NCBI GenBank assembly: GCA_964016885.1
Contig: OZ024745.1
Location: forward strand, 48,484,001 to 48,548,000
Source: Eledone cirrhosa
Taxonomy: Eukaryota
Length of the DNA stretch: 64,000 nucleotides
Reading direction: 5' to 3'
Shown here: positions 25,970-40,003 of the stretch, one piece after another
Position numbering within the stretch: position 1 is the first letter of the stretch
How the letters are laid out: every line of letters starts with the position of its first letter
Notes under the pieces: generated by a model
The model's input: the letters and a program-made list of their open reading frames with translations, nothing else
Database searches by the model: none
Told to the model about the DNA's origin: nothing
Made by a program: the position numbers and the translations under genes

Positions 25970-28900
25970 AACTCTTCACATTCTCTACAACATGAAACTG
26001 TATTAGCAAGACGTTTAACTCTTAACATTCTCTACAACATGAAACTGTATTAGCAAGACATTCCACTTTTAACATTCTCTACCACATGAAACTGTATTAG
26101 CAAGACATTCAACTCTTAACATTCTCTACAACATGAAACTGTATTAGCAAGACATTCCACTCTTAACATTCTCTACCACATGAAACTGTATTAGCAAGAC
26201 ATTCAACTCTTAACATTCTCTACCATATGATACTGTATTAGCAAGACATTCAACTCTTAACATTCTCTATCACATGAAACTGTATTAGCAAGACATTCAA
26301 CTCTTAACATTCTCTACCACATGAAACTGTATTAACAAGATCTTCAACTCTTAACATTCTCTACCACATGAAACTGTATTAGCAAGACATTTAACTCTTA
26401 ACATTCTCTACCACATGAAACTGTATTTGCAAGACATTCAACTCTTAACATTCTCTACCACATGAAATTGTATTAGCAAGACATTCAACTCTTAACATTC
26501 TGTATCACATGAAACTGTATTAGCAAGACATTCAACTCTTAACATTCTCTATCACATGAAACTGTATTAGCAAGACATTCAACTCTTAACATTCTGTATC
26601 ACATGAAACTGTATTAGCAAGACATTCAACTCTTAACATTCTCTACCACATGAAACTGTATTATCAAGACATTCAACTCTTAACATTCTCTACCACAACC
26701 ACATGAAACTGTATTAGCAAGACATTCAACTTTTAACATTCTCTACCACATGAAACTGTATTAGCAAGACATTTAACTCTTAACATTCTCTACCACATGA
26801 AACTGTATTAGCAAGACATTCAACTCTTAACATTCTCTACCACATGAAACTGTATTAGCAAGACATTCAACTCTTAACATTCTCTATCACATGAAACTGT
26901 ATTAGCAAGACATTCAACTCTTAACATTCTCTATCACATGAAACTGTATTAGCAAGACATTCAACTCTTAACATTCTCTACCACATGATACTGTATTAGC
27001 AAGACATTTAACACTTAACATTCTCTACCACATGAAACTATATTAGCAAGACATTCAACTCTTAACATTCTCTACCACATGAAACTGTATTAACAAGATC
27101 TTCGACTCTTAACATTCTCTACCACATGAAACTGTATTAGCAAGACATTTAACTCTTAACATTCTCTACCGCATGACACTGTATTAGCAAGACATTCAAC
27201 TCTTAACATTCTCTACCACATGAAACTGTATTAGCAAGACATTCAACTCTTAACATTCTCTACCACATGATACTGTATTAGCAAGACATTTAACTCTTAA
27301 CATTCTCTACCACATTAAACTGTATTAGCAAGACATTCAACTCTTAACATTCTCTACCACATGAAACTGTATTAGCAAGACATTCCACACTTAACATTCT
27401 CTACCACATGAAACTGTATTAGCAAGACATTCAACTCTTAACATTCTCTACCACATGAAACTGTATTAACAAGATCTTCAACTGTTAACATTCTCTACCA
27501 CATGAAACTGTATTAGCAAGACATTCAACTCTTAACATTCTGTACCACATCAAACTGTATTAGCAAGACATTCAACTCTTAACATTCTCTACCACATGAA
27601 ACTGTATTAGCAAGATATTCAACTCTTAACATTCTCTACCACATGAAACTGTATTAGCAAGACATTCAACTCTTAACATTCTCTACCACATGAAACTGTA
27701 TTAACAAGATCTTCGACTCTTAACATTCTCTACCACATGAAACTGTATTAGCAAGACATTTAACTCTTAACATTCTCTGCCACATGACACTGTATTAGCA
27801 AGACATTCAACTCTTAACATTCTCTACCACATGAAACTGTATTAGCAAGACATTCAACTCTTAACATTCTCTACCACATGATACTGTATTAGCAAGACAT
27901 TTAACTCTTAACATTCTCTACCACATTAAACTGTATTAGCAAGACATTCAACACTTAACATTCTCTACCACATGAAACTGTATTAGCAAGACATTCAACA
28001 CTTAACATTCTCTACCACATGAAACTGTATTAGCAAGACATTCAACTCTTAACATTCTCTATCACATGAAACTGTATTAGCAAGACATTCAACTCTTAAT
28101 ATTCTCTATCACATGAAACTGTATTAGCAAGACATTCAACTCTTAACATTCTCTACCACATGAAACTGTATTAGCAAGACATTCAACGCTTAACATTCTC
28201 TACTACATGAAACTGTATTAGCAAGACATTTAACTCTTAACATTCTCTACCACATGAAACTGTATTAGCAAGACATTCAACTCATAAATTCTCTACCACA
28301 TGAAACTGTATTAGCAAGACATTCAACTCTTAACATTCTCTACCACATGAAACCCTATTAGCAAGACATTCAACTCTTAACATTCTCTACCACATGAAAC
28401 TGTATTAGCAAGACATTCAACTCTTAACATTCTCTACCACATGAAACTGTATTAGCAAGACATTCAACTCTTAACATTCTCTACCACATGAAACTGTATT
28501 AGCAAGAGATTCAACTCTTAACATTCTCTACCACATGAAACTGTATTAGCAAGACATTCAACTCTTAACATTCTCTACCACATGAAACTGTATTAGCAAG
28601 ACATTTAACTCTTAACATTCTCTACCACATGAAACTGTATTAGCAAGACATTCAACTCGTAAATTCTCTACCACATGAAACTGTATTAGCAAGACATTCA
28701 ACTCTTAACATTCTGTATCACATAAACTGTATTAGCAAGACATTCAACTCTTAACATTCTCTATCACATGAAACTGTATTATCAAGACATTCAACTCTTA
28801 ACATTCTCTACCACATGAAACTGTATTAGCAAGACATTCAACTCTTAACATTCTCTACAACATGAAACTGTATTAGCAAGACATTTAACTCTTAACATTC

Positions 28901-31900
28901 TCTACCACATGAAACTGTATTAGCAAGATATTCAACTCTTAACATTCTCTACCACATGAAACTGTATTAGCAAGTCATTCAACTCTTAACATGCTCTACC
29001 ACATGAAACTGTATTAGCAAGACATTTAACTCTTAACATTCTCTACCACATGAAACTGTATTAGCAAGACATTCAACTCTTAACATTCTCTACCACATGA
29101 AACTGTATTAGCAAGACATTCAACTCTTAACATTCTCTACCACATGAAACTGTATTAGCAAGACATTCAACTCTTAACATTCTTTATCACATGAAACTGT
29201 ATTAGGAAGACATTCAACTCTTAACATTCTCTACCACATGAAACTGTATTAGCAAGACATTCAACTCTTAACATTCTCTACCACATGAAACTGTATTAGC
29301 AAGACATTCAACTCTTAACATTCTCTACCACATGAAACTGTATTAGCAAGACATTCAACTCTTAACATTCTTTACCACATGAAACTCTATTAGCAAGACA
29401 TTCAACTCTTAACATTCTCTATCACATGAAACTGTATTAGCAAGACATTCAACTCTTAACATTCTCTACCACATGAAACTGTATTAGCAAGACATTCAAC
29501 TCTTAACATTCTCTACCACATGAAACTGCATTAGCAAGACATTCAACTCTTAACATTCTCTACCACACGAAACTGTATTAGGAAGACATTTAACGCTTAA
29601 CATTCTCTACCACATGAAACTGTATTAGCAAGACATTCAACTCTTAACATTCTCTACCACATGAAACTGTATTAGGAAGACATTCAACGCTTAACATTCT
29701 CTACCATATGAAACTGTATTAGCAAGACATTTAACTCTTAACATTCTCTACCACATGAAACTGTATTAGCAAGACATTCAACTCATAAATTCTCTACCAC
29801 ATGAAACTGTATTAGCAAGACATTTAACACTTAACATTCTCTACCACATGAAACTGTATTAGCAAGACATTTAACTCTTAACATTCTCTACCACATGAAA
29901 CTGTATTAGCAAGACATTTAACTCTTAACATTCTCTACCACATGAAACTGTATTAGCAAGACATTCAACTCTTAACATTCTCTACCACATGAAACTGTAT
30001 TAGCAAGACATTCAACTCTTAACATTCTCTACCACATGAAACTGTATTAGCAAGACATTCAACTCTTAACATTCTCTACCACACGAAACTGTATTAGGAA
30101 GACATTCAACGCTTAACATTCTCTACCACATGAAACTGTATTAGCAAGACATTCAACTCTTAACATTCTCTACCACATGAAACTGTATTAGGAAGACATT
30201 CAACGCTTAACATTCTCTACCACATGAAACTGTATTAGCAAGACATTTAACTCTTAACATTCTCTACCACATGAAACTGTATTAGCAAGACATTCAACTC
30301 ATAAATTCTCTACCACATGAAACTGTATTAGCAAGACATTTAACTCTTAACATTCTCTACCACATGAAACTGTATTAGCAAGACATTTAACTCTTAACAT
30401 GCTCTACCACATGAAACTGTATTAGCAAGACATTTAACTCTTAACATTCTCTACCACATGAAACTGTATTAGCAAGACATTCAACTCATAAATTCTCTAC
30501 CACATGAAACTGTATTAGCAAGACATTTAACTCTTAACATTCTCTACCACATGGAACTGTATTAGCAAGACATTTAACTCTTAACATTCTCTACCACATG
30601 GAACGGTATTAGCAAGACATTCAACTCTTAACATTCTCTACCACATGAAACTGTATTAGCAAGACATTCAACTCTTAACATTCTCTACCACATGAAACTG
30701 TATTAGCAAGACATTCAACTCTTAACATTCTCTACCACATGAAACTGTATTAGCAAGACATTTAACTCTTAACATTCTCTACCACATGAAACTGTATTAG
30801 CAAGACATTCAACTCTTAACATTCTCTACCACATGAAACTGTATTAGCAAGACATTCAACTCTTAACATTCTCTACCACATGAAACTGTATTAGCAAGAC
30901 ATTCAACTCTTAATATTCTCTACCACATGAAACTGTATTAGCAAGACATTTAACTCTTAACATTCTCTACCACATGAAACTGTATTAGCAAGACATTCAA
31001 CTCATAAATTCTCTACCACATGGAACTGTATTAGCAAGACATTCAACTCTTAACATTCTCTACCACATGAAACTGTATTAGCAAGACATTTAACTCTTAA
31101 CATTCTCTACCACATGAAACTGTATTAGCAAGACATTCAACTCTTAACATTCTCTACCACATGAAACTGTATTAGCAAGACATTCAACACTTAACATTCT
31201 CTACCACATGAAACTGTATTAGCAAGACATTCAACTCTTAACATTCTCTACCACATGAAACTGTATTAGCAAGACATTCAACTCTTAACATTCTCTACCA
31301 CACGAAACTGTATTAGCAAGACATTCAACTCTTAACATTCTCTACCACATGAAACTCTATTAGCAAGACATTTAACTCTTAACATTCTCTACCACATGAA
31401 ACTGTATTAGCAAGACATTTAACTCTTAACATTCTCTACCACATGAAACTGTATTAGCAAGACATTCAACTCTTAACATTCTCTACCACATGAAACTGTA
31501 TTAGCAAGACATTCAACTCTTAACATTCTCTACCACATGAAACTGCATTAGCAAGACATTCAACTCTTAACATTCTCTACCACATGAAACTGTATTAGCA
31601 AGACATTCAATTCTTAACATTCTCTACCACATGAAACTGTATTAGCAAGACATTCAACTCTTAACATTCTCTACCACATGAAACTGTATTAGCAAGACAT
31701 TCAACTCTTAACATTCTCTACCACACGAAACTGTATTAGGAAGACATTCAACGCTTAACATTCTCTACCACATGAAACTGTATTAGCAAGACATTCAACT
31801 CTTAACATTCTCTACCACATGAAACTGTATTAGGAAGACATTCAACGCTTAACATTCTCTACCACATGAAACTGTATTAGCAAGACATTTAACTCTTAAC

Positions 31901-34615
31901 ATTCTCTACCACATGAAACTGTATTAGCAAGACATTCAACTCATAAATTCTCTACCACATGAAACTGTATTAGCAAGACATTTAACTCTTAACATTCTCT
32001 ACCACATGAAACTGTATTAGCAAGACATTTAACTCTTAACATTCTCTACCACATGAAACTGTATTAGCAAGACATTTAACTCTTAACATTCTCTACCACA
32101 TGAAACTGTATTAGCAAGACATTCAACTCTTAACATTCTCTACCACATGAAACTGTATTAGCAAGATATTCAACTCTTAACATTCTCTACCACATGAAAC
32201 TGTATTAGCAAGACATTCAACTCTTAACATGCTCTACCACATGAAACTGTATTAGCAAGACATTCAACTCTTAACATTCTCTACCACATGAAACTGTATT
32301 AGCAAGACATTCAACTCTTAACATTCTCTACCACATGAAACTGTATTAGCAAGACATTTAACTCTTAACATTCTCTACCACATGAAACTGTATTAGCAAG
32401 ACATTCAACACTTAACATTCTCTACCACATGAAACTGTATTAGCAAGACATTCAACTCTTAACATTCTCTACCACATGAAACTGTATTAGCAAGACATTC
32501 AACTCTTAACATTCTCTACCACACGAAACTGTATTAGGAAGACATTCAACGCTTAACATTCTCTACCACATGAAACTGTATTAGCAAGACATTCAACTCT
32601 TAACATTCTCTACCACATGAAACTGTATTAGCAAGATATTCAACTCTTAACATTCTCTACCACATGAAACTGTATTAGCAAGACATTCAACTCTTAACAT
32701 GCTCTACCACATGAAACTGTATTAGCAAGACATTTAACTCTTAACATTCTCTATCACATGAAACTGTATTAGCAAGACATTCAACTCTTAACATTCTCTA
32801 CCACATGAAACTGTATTAGCAAGACATTCAACTCTTAACATTCTCTACCAATATGAAACTGTATTAGCAAGACATTCAACTCTTAACATTCTCTACCACA
32901 TGAAACTGTATTAACAAGACATTCAACTCTTAACATTCTCTACCACATGAAACTGTATTAGCAAGACATTTAACTCTTAACATTCTCTACCACATGAAAC
33001 CGTATTAGCAAGACATTCAACTCTTAACATTCTCTACCACATGAAACTGTATTAGCAAGACATTCAACTCTTAACATTCTCTACCACACGAAACTGTATT
33101 AGGAAGACATTCAACGCTTAACATTCTCTACCACATGAAACTGTATTAGCAAGACATTCAACTCTTAACATTCTCTACCACATGAAACTGTATTAGGAAG
33201 ACATTCAACGCTTAACATTCTCTACCACATGAAACTGTATTAGCAAGACATTTAACTCTTAACATTCTCTACCACATGAAACTGTATTAGCAAGACATTC
33301 AACTCATAAATTCTGTACCACATGAAACTGTATTAGCAAGACATTTAACTCTTAACATTCTCTACCACATGAAACTGTATTAGCAAGACATTTAACTCTT
33401 AACATTCTCTACCACATGAAACTGTATTAGCAAGACATTCAACTCTTAACATTCTCTACCACATGAAACTGTATTAGCAAGATATTCAACTCTTAACATT
33501 CTCTACCACATGAAACTGTATTAGCAAGACATTCAACTCTTAACATGCTCTACCACATGAAACTGTATTAGCAAGACATTTTACTCTTAACATTCTCTAC
33601 CACATGAAACTGTATTAGCAAGACATTCAACTCTTAACATTCTCTACCACATGAAACTGTATTAGCAAGACATTCAACTCTTAACATTCTCTACCACATG
33701 AAACTGTATTAGCAAGACATTCAACTCTTAACATTCTCTACCACATGAAACTGTATTAGCAAGACATTCAACTCTTAACATTCTCTACCACATGAAACTG
33801 TATTAGCAAGACATTTAACTCTTAACATTCTCTACCACATGAAACTGTATTAGCAAGACATTCAACTCTTAACATTCTCTACCACATGAAACTGTATTAG
33901 CAAGACATTCAACTCTTAACATTCTCTACCACATGAAACTGTATTAGCAAGACATTCAACTCTTAACATTCTCTACCACATGAAACTGTATTAGCAAGAC
34001 ATTCAACTCTTAACATTCTCTACCACATGAAACTGCATTAGCAAGACATTCAACTCTTAACATTCTCTACCACATGAAACTGTATTAGCAAGACATTCAA
34101 CTCTTAACATTCTCTACCACATGAAACTGTATTAGCAAGACATTCAACTCTTAACATTCTCTACCACATGAAACTGTATTAGCAAGACATTCAACTCTTA
34201 ACATTCTCTACCACATGAAACTGTATTAGCAAGACATTCAACTCTTAACATTCTCTACCACACGAAACTGTATTAGCAAGACATTCAACTCTTAACATTC
34301 TCTACCACATGAAACTGTATTAGCAAGACATTTAACTCTTAACATTCTCTACCACATGAAACTGTATTAGCAAGACATTTAACTCTTAACATTCTCTACC
34401 ACATGAAACTGTATTAGCAAGACATTCAACTCTTAACATTCTCTACCACATGAAACTGTATTAGCAAGACATTCAACTCTTAACATTCTCTACCACATGA
34501 AACTGTATTAGCAAGACATTCAACTCTTAACATTCTCTATCACATGAAACTGTATTAGCAAGACATTCAACTCTTAACATTCTCTACCACATGAAACTGT
34601 ATTAGCAAGACATTC
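25970..34615. repeat. 47-bp tandem satellite, ~184 copies, 8.6 kb
   Basis: Unit AACTCTTAACATTCTCTACCACATGAAACTGTATTAGCAAGACATTC is highly homogeneous, with recurring variant units. Confidence 0.99.
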
Positions 34616-34789
34616 ATGAAAAATACAAAACAACACTATGAATACATCACATTAAAAAATATGGTCTTTAATTTAGCTTTTTCGTGAATGTTCACAATGA
34701 TTTGTCCACTAGCAAAGATACTACAAACATTTGAATTAACCAACCAGTTTTTAGATATTTTCTCCAAAATCATTGCAGGATGTTAAAAG
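25972..34789 (+). mobile_element. TTAA-flanked MITE whose left 47 bp are tandemly amplified
   Basis: TTAA (25968-71)|CTCTTCACAT...[array]...unique 174-bp body...GATGTTAAAAG|TTAA (34790-93). Homologous to 12885-13100. Confidence 0.85.
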
Positions 34790-34851
34790 TTAAACAGACA
34801 TTCATACATCCAAGTGACATTGGTAATCTTTAGTTTCTCCTTTCTTTCAAC

Positions 34852-35120
34852 CAGAGTTGCTGAAACATGGAACAAACTAACTGCATCAATTGTTAGCAGT
34901 TGGGACACTGCATCCTTCAAAACGTCCATGCTTCCCAAAATTCGCCAACACTACACCTGATAATTTCCCCTCCATACACACGCACGCATGTATCCGTGTG
35001 TATATCATGACTCATACACTGTTCACTTTCCTGACATTTGTACCTTATTCTATGTACACCTTTGATGAGTTGAAGTGCACCTGAGTACAGTACAAAATAA
35101 TTTTCATTATTATCATTATT
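34852..35120 (+). mobile_element. Short CR1 3' fragment
   Basis: CAGAGTTGCTGAAACATGGAACAAAC...ACTACACCTGA, then the 3' UTR and ATT tail as at 53480-53750. Confidence 0.88.
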
Positions 35121-35127
35121 TAATTAA

Positions 35128-35322
35128 GGGCGGTGGATTGGAGGTATCGGGGGAGTGTCAGACACCATGCTTTGCAGCATAGAGTTACAGTCCTTTACGT
35201 TCTGAGTTCAAATCTCGCTGAGGTTAGCTTTGCCTTTCATACTTACGGGGTCGATAAAATAAAGCACCAGTAATGCACTGGGGTAATTGCTGGCCTTGTA
35301 CCAAAAGTAGAAACAATTATTA
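35128..35322 (+). mobile_element. tRNA-derived SINE, family 1
   Basis: Same family as 23386-23575. Confidence 0.85.
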
Positions 35323-36153
35323 TCAATATTTATACTAAGAATTAGAAAATATGAATAGTAATACTTATAAACATACATAAAAACACATATGTATATTATA
35401 TGGCATACTATAAATGTTAATGTCAACTGCATGTGTGCATGTGTGAGAGTGTGTGTGTGTGCGTGTGCGCATGTGTGTGTGTGTGTGTGTGTGTGCGCCC
35501 GCATACATGCAATGGTAGATTTCAACATTTATTTCATAATATGTGACACTATTACTATATTGATAATATTAATATAGTTTATAATGATAATAAAGATGCT
35601 GATGATGGTTTAAATTAAGGCTGTTCCTTTGATATTAATGGGATGACTAATTTTAATCTAGTAACCTTTGCTTCTGGCAACCTGCATATTATAGAAATAA
35701 TAGGCAGGTTACCAGTATTTGGCAAGATCTACCTTTAATCAAAATGTAGCAGGTGTAAGAATAGTAAATATTTTGATAGTTTGGATGATTTTTGTGATAT
35801 TAATCAAAGGTCTGTGAAAGTAGTGCTAATGTTTTTTCAAAGAGACTATAAAACAGAGTAATAAACCAAATTTACACAACTTGACTGCTTCTTCTTCTTC
35901 TCTGCCAGTAGAATTTAGCCCTGCAGCTTCCCATCCCATAAAAAGCCCCAACTGTATTTCTTTTAACTAAAGAGAGCAAGGGAGAGAGAAAGTTCTTCAA
36001 CCAATAGTCAGTATATCTCCCTGTTGCTGCTGCTAGCAGCCACTGGTTTTAACAACCCAGCCTAGGAACATAGAAATTAGCTTACACAGAGATGAAGGAA
36101 AAACATATATAATTATATAAATATAAACATAAAGATATATATATATATATAAA

Positions 36154-36186
<33 letters not shown>

Positions 36187-36381
36187 AATACACATATACA
36201 TATATCATTGTGTGAAAAAGTGTTATTTTCAGATTATATCACTGAAAATACTTTTTTTCATATAGATTCATTCAGAATATAAAAGCAAAATCTTATGTCA
36301 AAAGATATACACATACACACACACATATAAATAGATATTTATTTTAATTACATCTTTAAAAAACCCAGTTAAACTTCAAAA

Positions 36382-36658
36382 ATGAAATTAAAAGAAAATA
36401 TACTTATAATTTTAGTATTTCTTAACTTTTTCCTACTAATGAGAGATGGAAAATGTAGTAGTGAAGAGACTAATGACCAATTCAGTGGAGAAATACCCCT
36501 TGGAGCTGCCACCTTGGCATTTGTGTTTGATAATACTGGTTCTATGATGGATGACCTTAGGCAGGTAATTGAAGGAGCAGCAAAAATATTAGCCACAACT
36601 CTTGATCGGGGAGAGAAACTTTTGTACAACTACGTCCTGGTACCTTTTCAAGATCCAA
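36382..36658 (+). CDS. HMCN1: Hemicentin-like gene, first coding exon (signal peptide plus N-terminal VWA domain); later exons not identified in this window
   Basis: [19 protein letters not shown] (hydrophobic leader)...[34 protein letters not shown]...[12 protein letters not shown] matches the hemicentin N-terminus (TLAFVFDxTGSMxDDLxQVxEGA...LVPFxDP). ATG context is AAAAATGA. The phase-1 donor GTAAGT at 36659 is where I recall the first intron of vertebrate HMCN1. Confidence 0.92.
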
Positions 36659-37258
36659 GTAAGTGACACTTTATAATTTCATCTTTGGTCAGTTTTATTT
36701 TGCCTCTCTTTCAACCATTCTATTAATTAGAAAATATAAATATATCTACTTTCTTATATATACACAAACACATATGCTGACACTAAAACAGATATGTATT
36801 TATGTATACATGCATATACCTAGACACACAAGCATATACACACAAACACACACACACACACATATGCATACAATCAAACACATGCATTCACTCAAATACA
36901 TATGTGTATATGCATACACCCAAATGCATATGTACACACCCAAACACACATTTATACACCCAAACACATGCATGCACACACATTCACTCATATATAAAAA
37001 TATACACCTAAACACAGGCATACACATACACACACATATATATGTATAAACCCAAACACATATGCATACAATCAAGCACATATGCATACATCCAGAAACA
37101 CATGCCTACACCCAAACATGTGCATACAAAGACACACTCATATATACCTGTCTGTGTCCATATAACATTTCATTAATGAATAAAGACCTTTTTAAAATAT
37201 ATTTTAAATGAGAAGTTATTTATAGAAATAGAGTTTGTAGATCTAAAGATGTTGGACA

Positions 37259-37911
37259 CAGTGCCGGATTTAATTATAAGTTAAACCAGTCATATCCTAG
37301 GGTCTCATAATCCACAGCAGCCTCTAAATAATTAATAGGTGTATATGTTTTCAAATTTTGTGAGGTCTTCTGGTGTAATATTCTTACAAACGATCCCCAA
37401 GCTTTACAAAGCTGTGGTCCTTACCATCTAGAGGGGCCTCAGAATAATTAAAAGGTGTATATGTTATCAATTTTGTGAGACCTTCTGGTTTGATATTTTT
37501 ACAAAAGATCCCAGGCTTTATATTGCTGTGGTCCTTACTATGTGAAGGGGCCTCTAAATAATTAAAAGGTGTATATGTTATCAATTTTGTGAGACCTTCT
37601 GGTTTGATATTTTTACAAAAGATCCCAGGCTTTATATTGCTGTGGTCCTTACTATGTGAAGAGGCCTCTAAATAATTAAAAGGTGTATATGTTGTCAATG
37701 TTTGTGAGACCTTCTAGTATAATTTTTTTACATGGGATCACCCCAATCTTTAGATAGCTGAGGGTCTCCCCATCTGAAGGGGCTTCAAAATAATTAAAGG
37801 CCATATATGTTTTCAATTTTTGTGAAACCTCCCAGTGTAATTTTTTTACAAGGGACTCCCAAGCTTTGAATAGATAAGAATCTCAACTATCTCGATTAGG
37901 ATCCAGCACTG
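37259..37911. mobile_element. MITE-like element (possibly hAT) filled with ~5 copies of a ~114-bp repeat
   Basis: Termini CAGTGCCGGAT...ATCCAGCACTG. The 8-bp flanks GTTGGACA/TTTGAACT are 5/8 identical. AGGTGTATATGTT recurs at 37337, 37453, 37567 and 37681. Confidence 0.65.
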
Positions 37912-38149
37912 TTTGAACTCGTCTACATCTAGATAACTCAAAGTAATGACCATATAATTAACCACCACCACTGTCACAACAACAACAACTACAATAACAA
38001 CAACAATATCAATAACAAGTGATATCCAAATATATTACAATAACAAGTGATATCCAAATATATTACAATAACAAGTGATTTTACCATAACACTACTTGCT
38101 GGTCATCAAAGGTCCACTTTCAATTAAAACTGTCTCAATGTACCTTTAG

Positions 38150-38885
38150 CCAGACACTTTATTTCACATTGCTCCAGTTTACTCAGCTGTAGAAATGAGA
38201 TGATAGAGACTGGGGTCCCTATCATTCCACTGCAAAGTGGTCGTGGAGGTGCCATGGCAAAAAAGCACCCAGCACTCACTGTAAATGAGGTTGGTGTTAG
38301 GAAGGGCATCCAGCTGTAGAAATCAAGCCAGAATCAGTTCTCGTCCCACCCTTGCAAGCAGGGAAAAGCGGATGCAAAATGATGATGATGATGATGATGA
38401 TGATATATATATAAATATATATATAAATATATATATAAATATATAAATAAATATATATATATATATATATATACAGGGTGTTCCTCAAAAATGTATACAT
38501 ACTTCGACAGCATTCTAATAAATATTGCCTGTACAGTTAATCAAAGTGTGTGTACATTTTTTTGGGACACCTTGTATATATATATATATATATGAGTTCA
38601 ATTCTCAGACCGGGTGATGTGTTGTTTCCTTGAGCAAGACACTTTATTTCACATTGCTCCAGTTGACTCAGCTGTAGAAATGAGATGATAGGGACTGGGG
38701 TCCATATCATTCCACTGCAAAGTGGTCGTGGAGGTGCCATGGCAAAAAAGCACCCAGCACTCACTGTAAATGAGGTTGGTGTTAGGAAGGGCATCCACCT
38801 GTAGAAATCAAGCCAGCATCAGTTCCTGTCCCACCCTTGCAAGCAGGGAAAAGCGGATGTAAAATGATGATGATGATGATGATAT
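38150..38885 (+). mobile_element. Two 5'-truncated family-2 SINE copies (38150-38404, 38593-38884) flanking a small Tc1/mariner MITE (38474-38574)
   Basis: Near-identical bodies end in AAGCAGGGAAAAGCGGATG.AAAA(TGA)n. The MITE reads TA|CAGGGTGTT...GACACCTTG|TA. Confidence 0.85.
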
Positions 38886-39594
38886 ATATATACCGTCTAA
38901 ACCCATGATGATGATATATATGTTTAGAAATACCCAAGCAGCAACATGTAACCTGACCTACCCCTATGACCCCACCTCCACAAGCACTCACCAACAGTTA
39001 GCCTCAACATCACCACTTCAAACCCACCATGCATGCCCCCCATTTCTAGCAGCTGACCTTGGTCTTGTGAAGCGGTTGATGATGGGAAGGGCATGGAAGG
39101 CTAAACAAACAAAGGGTTGGAAGGACCCTTCAGTCCTGTCAAGGACATAACAGCCTCCCTAGTGTAAGTGATCTACATGATAAACACCCCCAGTACACGT
39201 TGTAAAGTGGTTGGTGATAGGGAGGGCATACAGCCATAGAGAGCTTGCCAAACAAAAGGACCATCAGTTGTATAAAAAATCATGACAACCTCTCCTGTGC
39301 ACTCTGTGGAGCATTGACTATACATAAAGCAAGACACTGATCCCTGGCCTGGCTGAGAAATCTGTGGCTTTGCTTCAGTACTGAATTGGTCTATGTAGAC
39401 CCATCCAACCCTTGCTAGCAGGGAAAACAGACATTAAAACAACGATGATGATGATGATGATGATGATATATATATATGAGGATATCGTTCTCATAATAAC
39501 AACAAATGCATGAATTATATCTTGATTGCATGAAAGAACTGCTAAAATAATTATAACGAATAAACGATTTATGTAACATCAGCATCTTTATTAA

Positions 39595-39643
<49 letters not shown>

Positions 39644-39876
39644 GTACAAACACATATGCATATACATACACATACACCCATATATACATACATGCAGACA
39701 CACACATATAGTCACCATATCTACACCTCTACAAACAAAATTACAGATATATATATATATAAATAAATAGATCTGCACACATCCTGGGCTCATGTTTATT
39801 TTATCTATCAGATTATATATAATTTATAAAAACATTTTGTAAATTTATAGAAGAAAAAAAAGTATCCATCAGTGAT

Positions 39877-40003
39877 TTAAACTTCAAAAATGAAAATATA
39901 TGAAAATATATGAAAATATACTAAAATAATTTAGTATTTCTTAACTCTTTCCTATTAATGAGAGATGGGTGTTATAGTGAAGTCACTGATGACAAATTCA
40001 GTG
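39877..40003 (+). pseudogene. Degenerate duplicate of the hemicentin start-codon/signal-peptide segment
   Basis: Aligns to 36369-36487 (TTAAACTTCAAAAATGAAA...TTTAGTATTTCTTAACT.TTTCCTA.TAATGAGAGATGG...TGAC.AATTCAGTG). All three ATGs at its start hit stops within 10 codons. Confidence 0.85.

Noticed and set aside
25970-34615. CRISPR-like array (also considered for the 48-, 41- and 25-bp arrays)
   Set aside because: Units are contiguous with no unique spacers, there are no cas genes, and the context is eukaryotic.
35840-36020. Hemicentin core promoter (TATAAAA ~35847, CCAAT 36001, TCAGT ~36008)
   Set aside because: Order and spacing are not canonical and such motifs are frequent in AT-rich DNA. 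The TSS cannot be placed without CAGE data.
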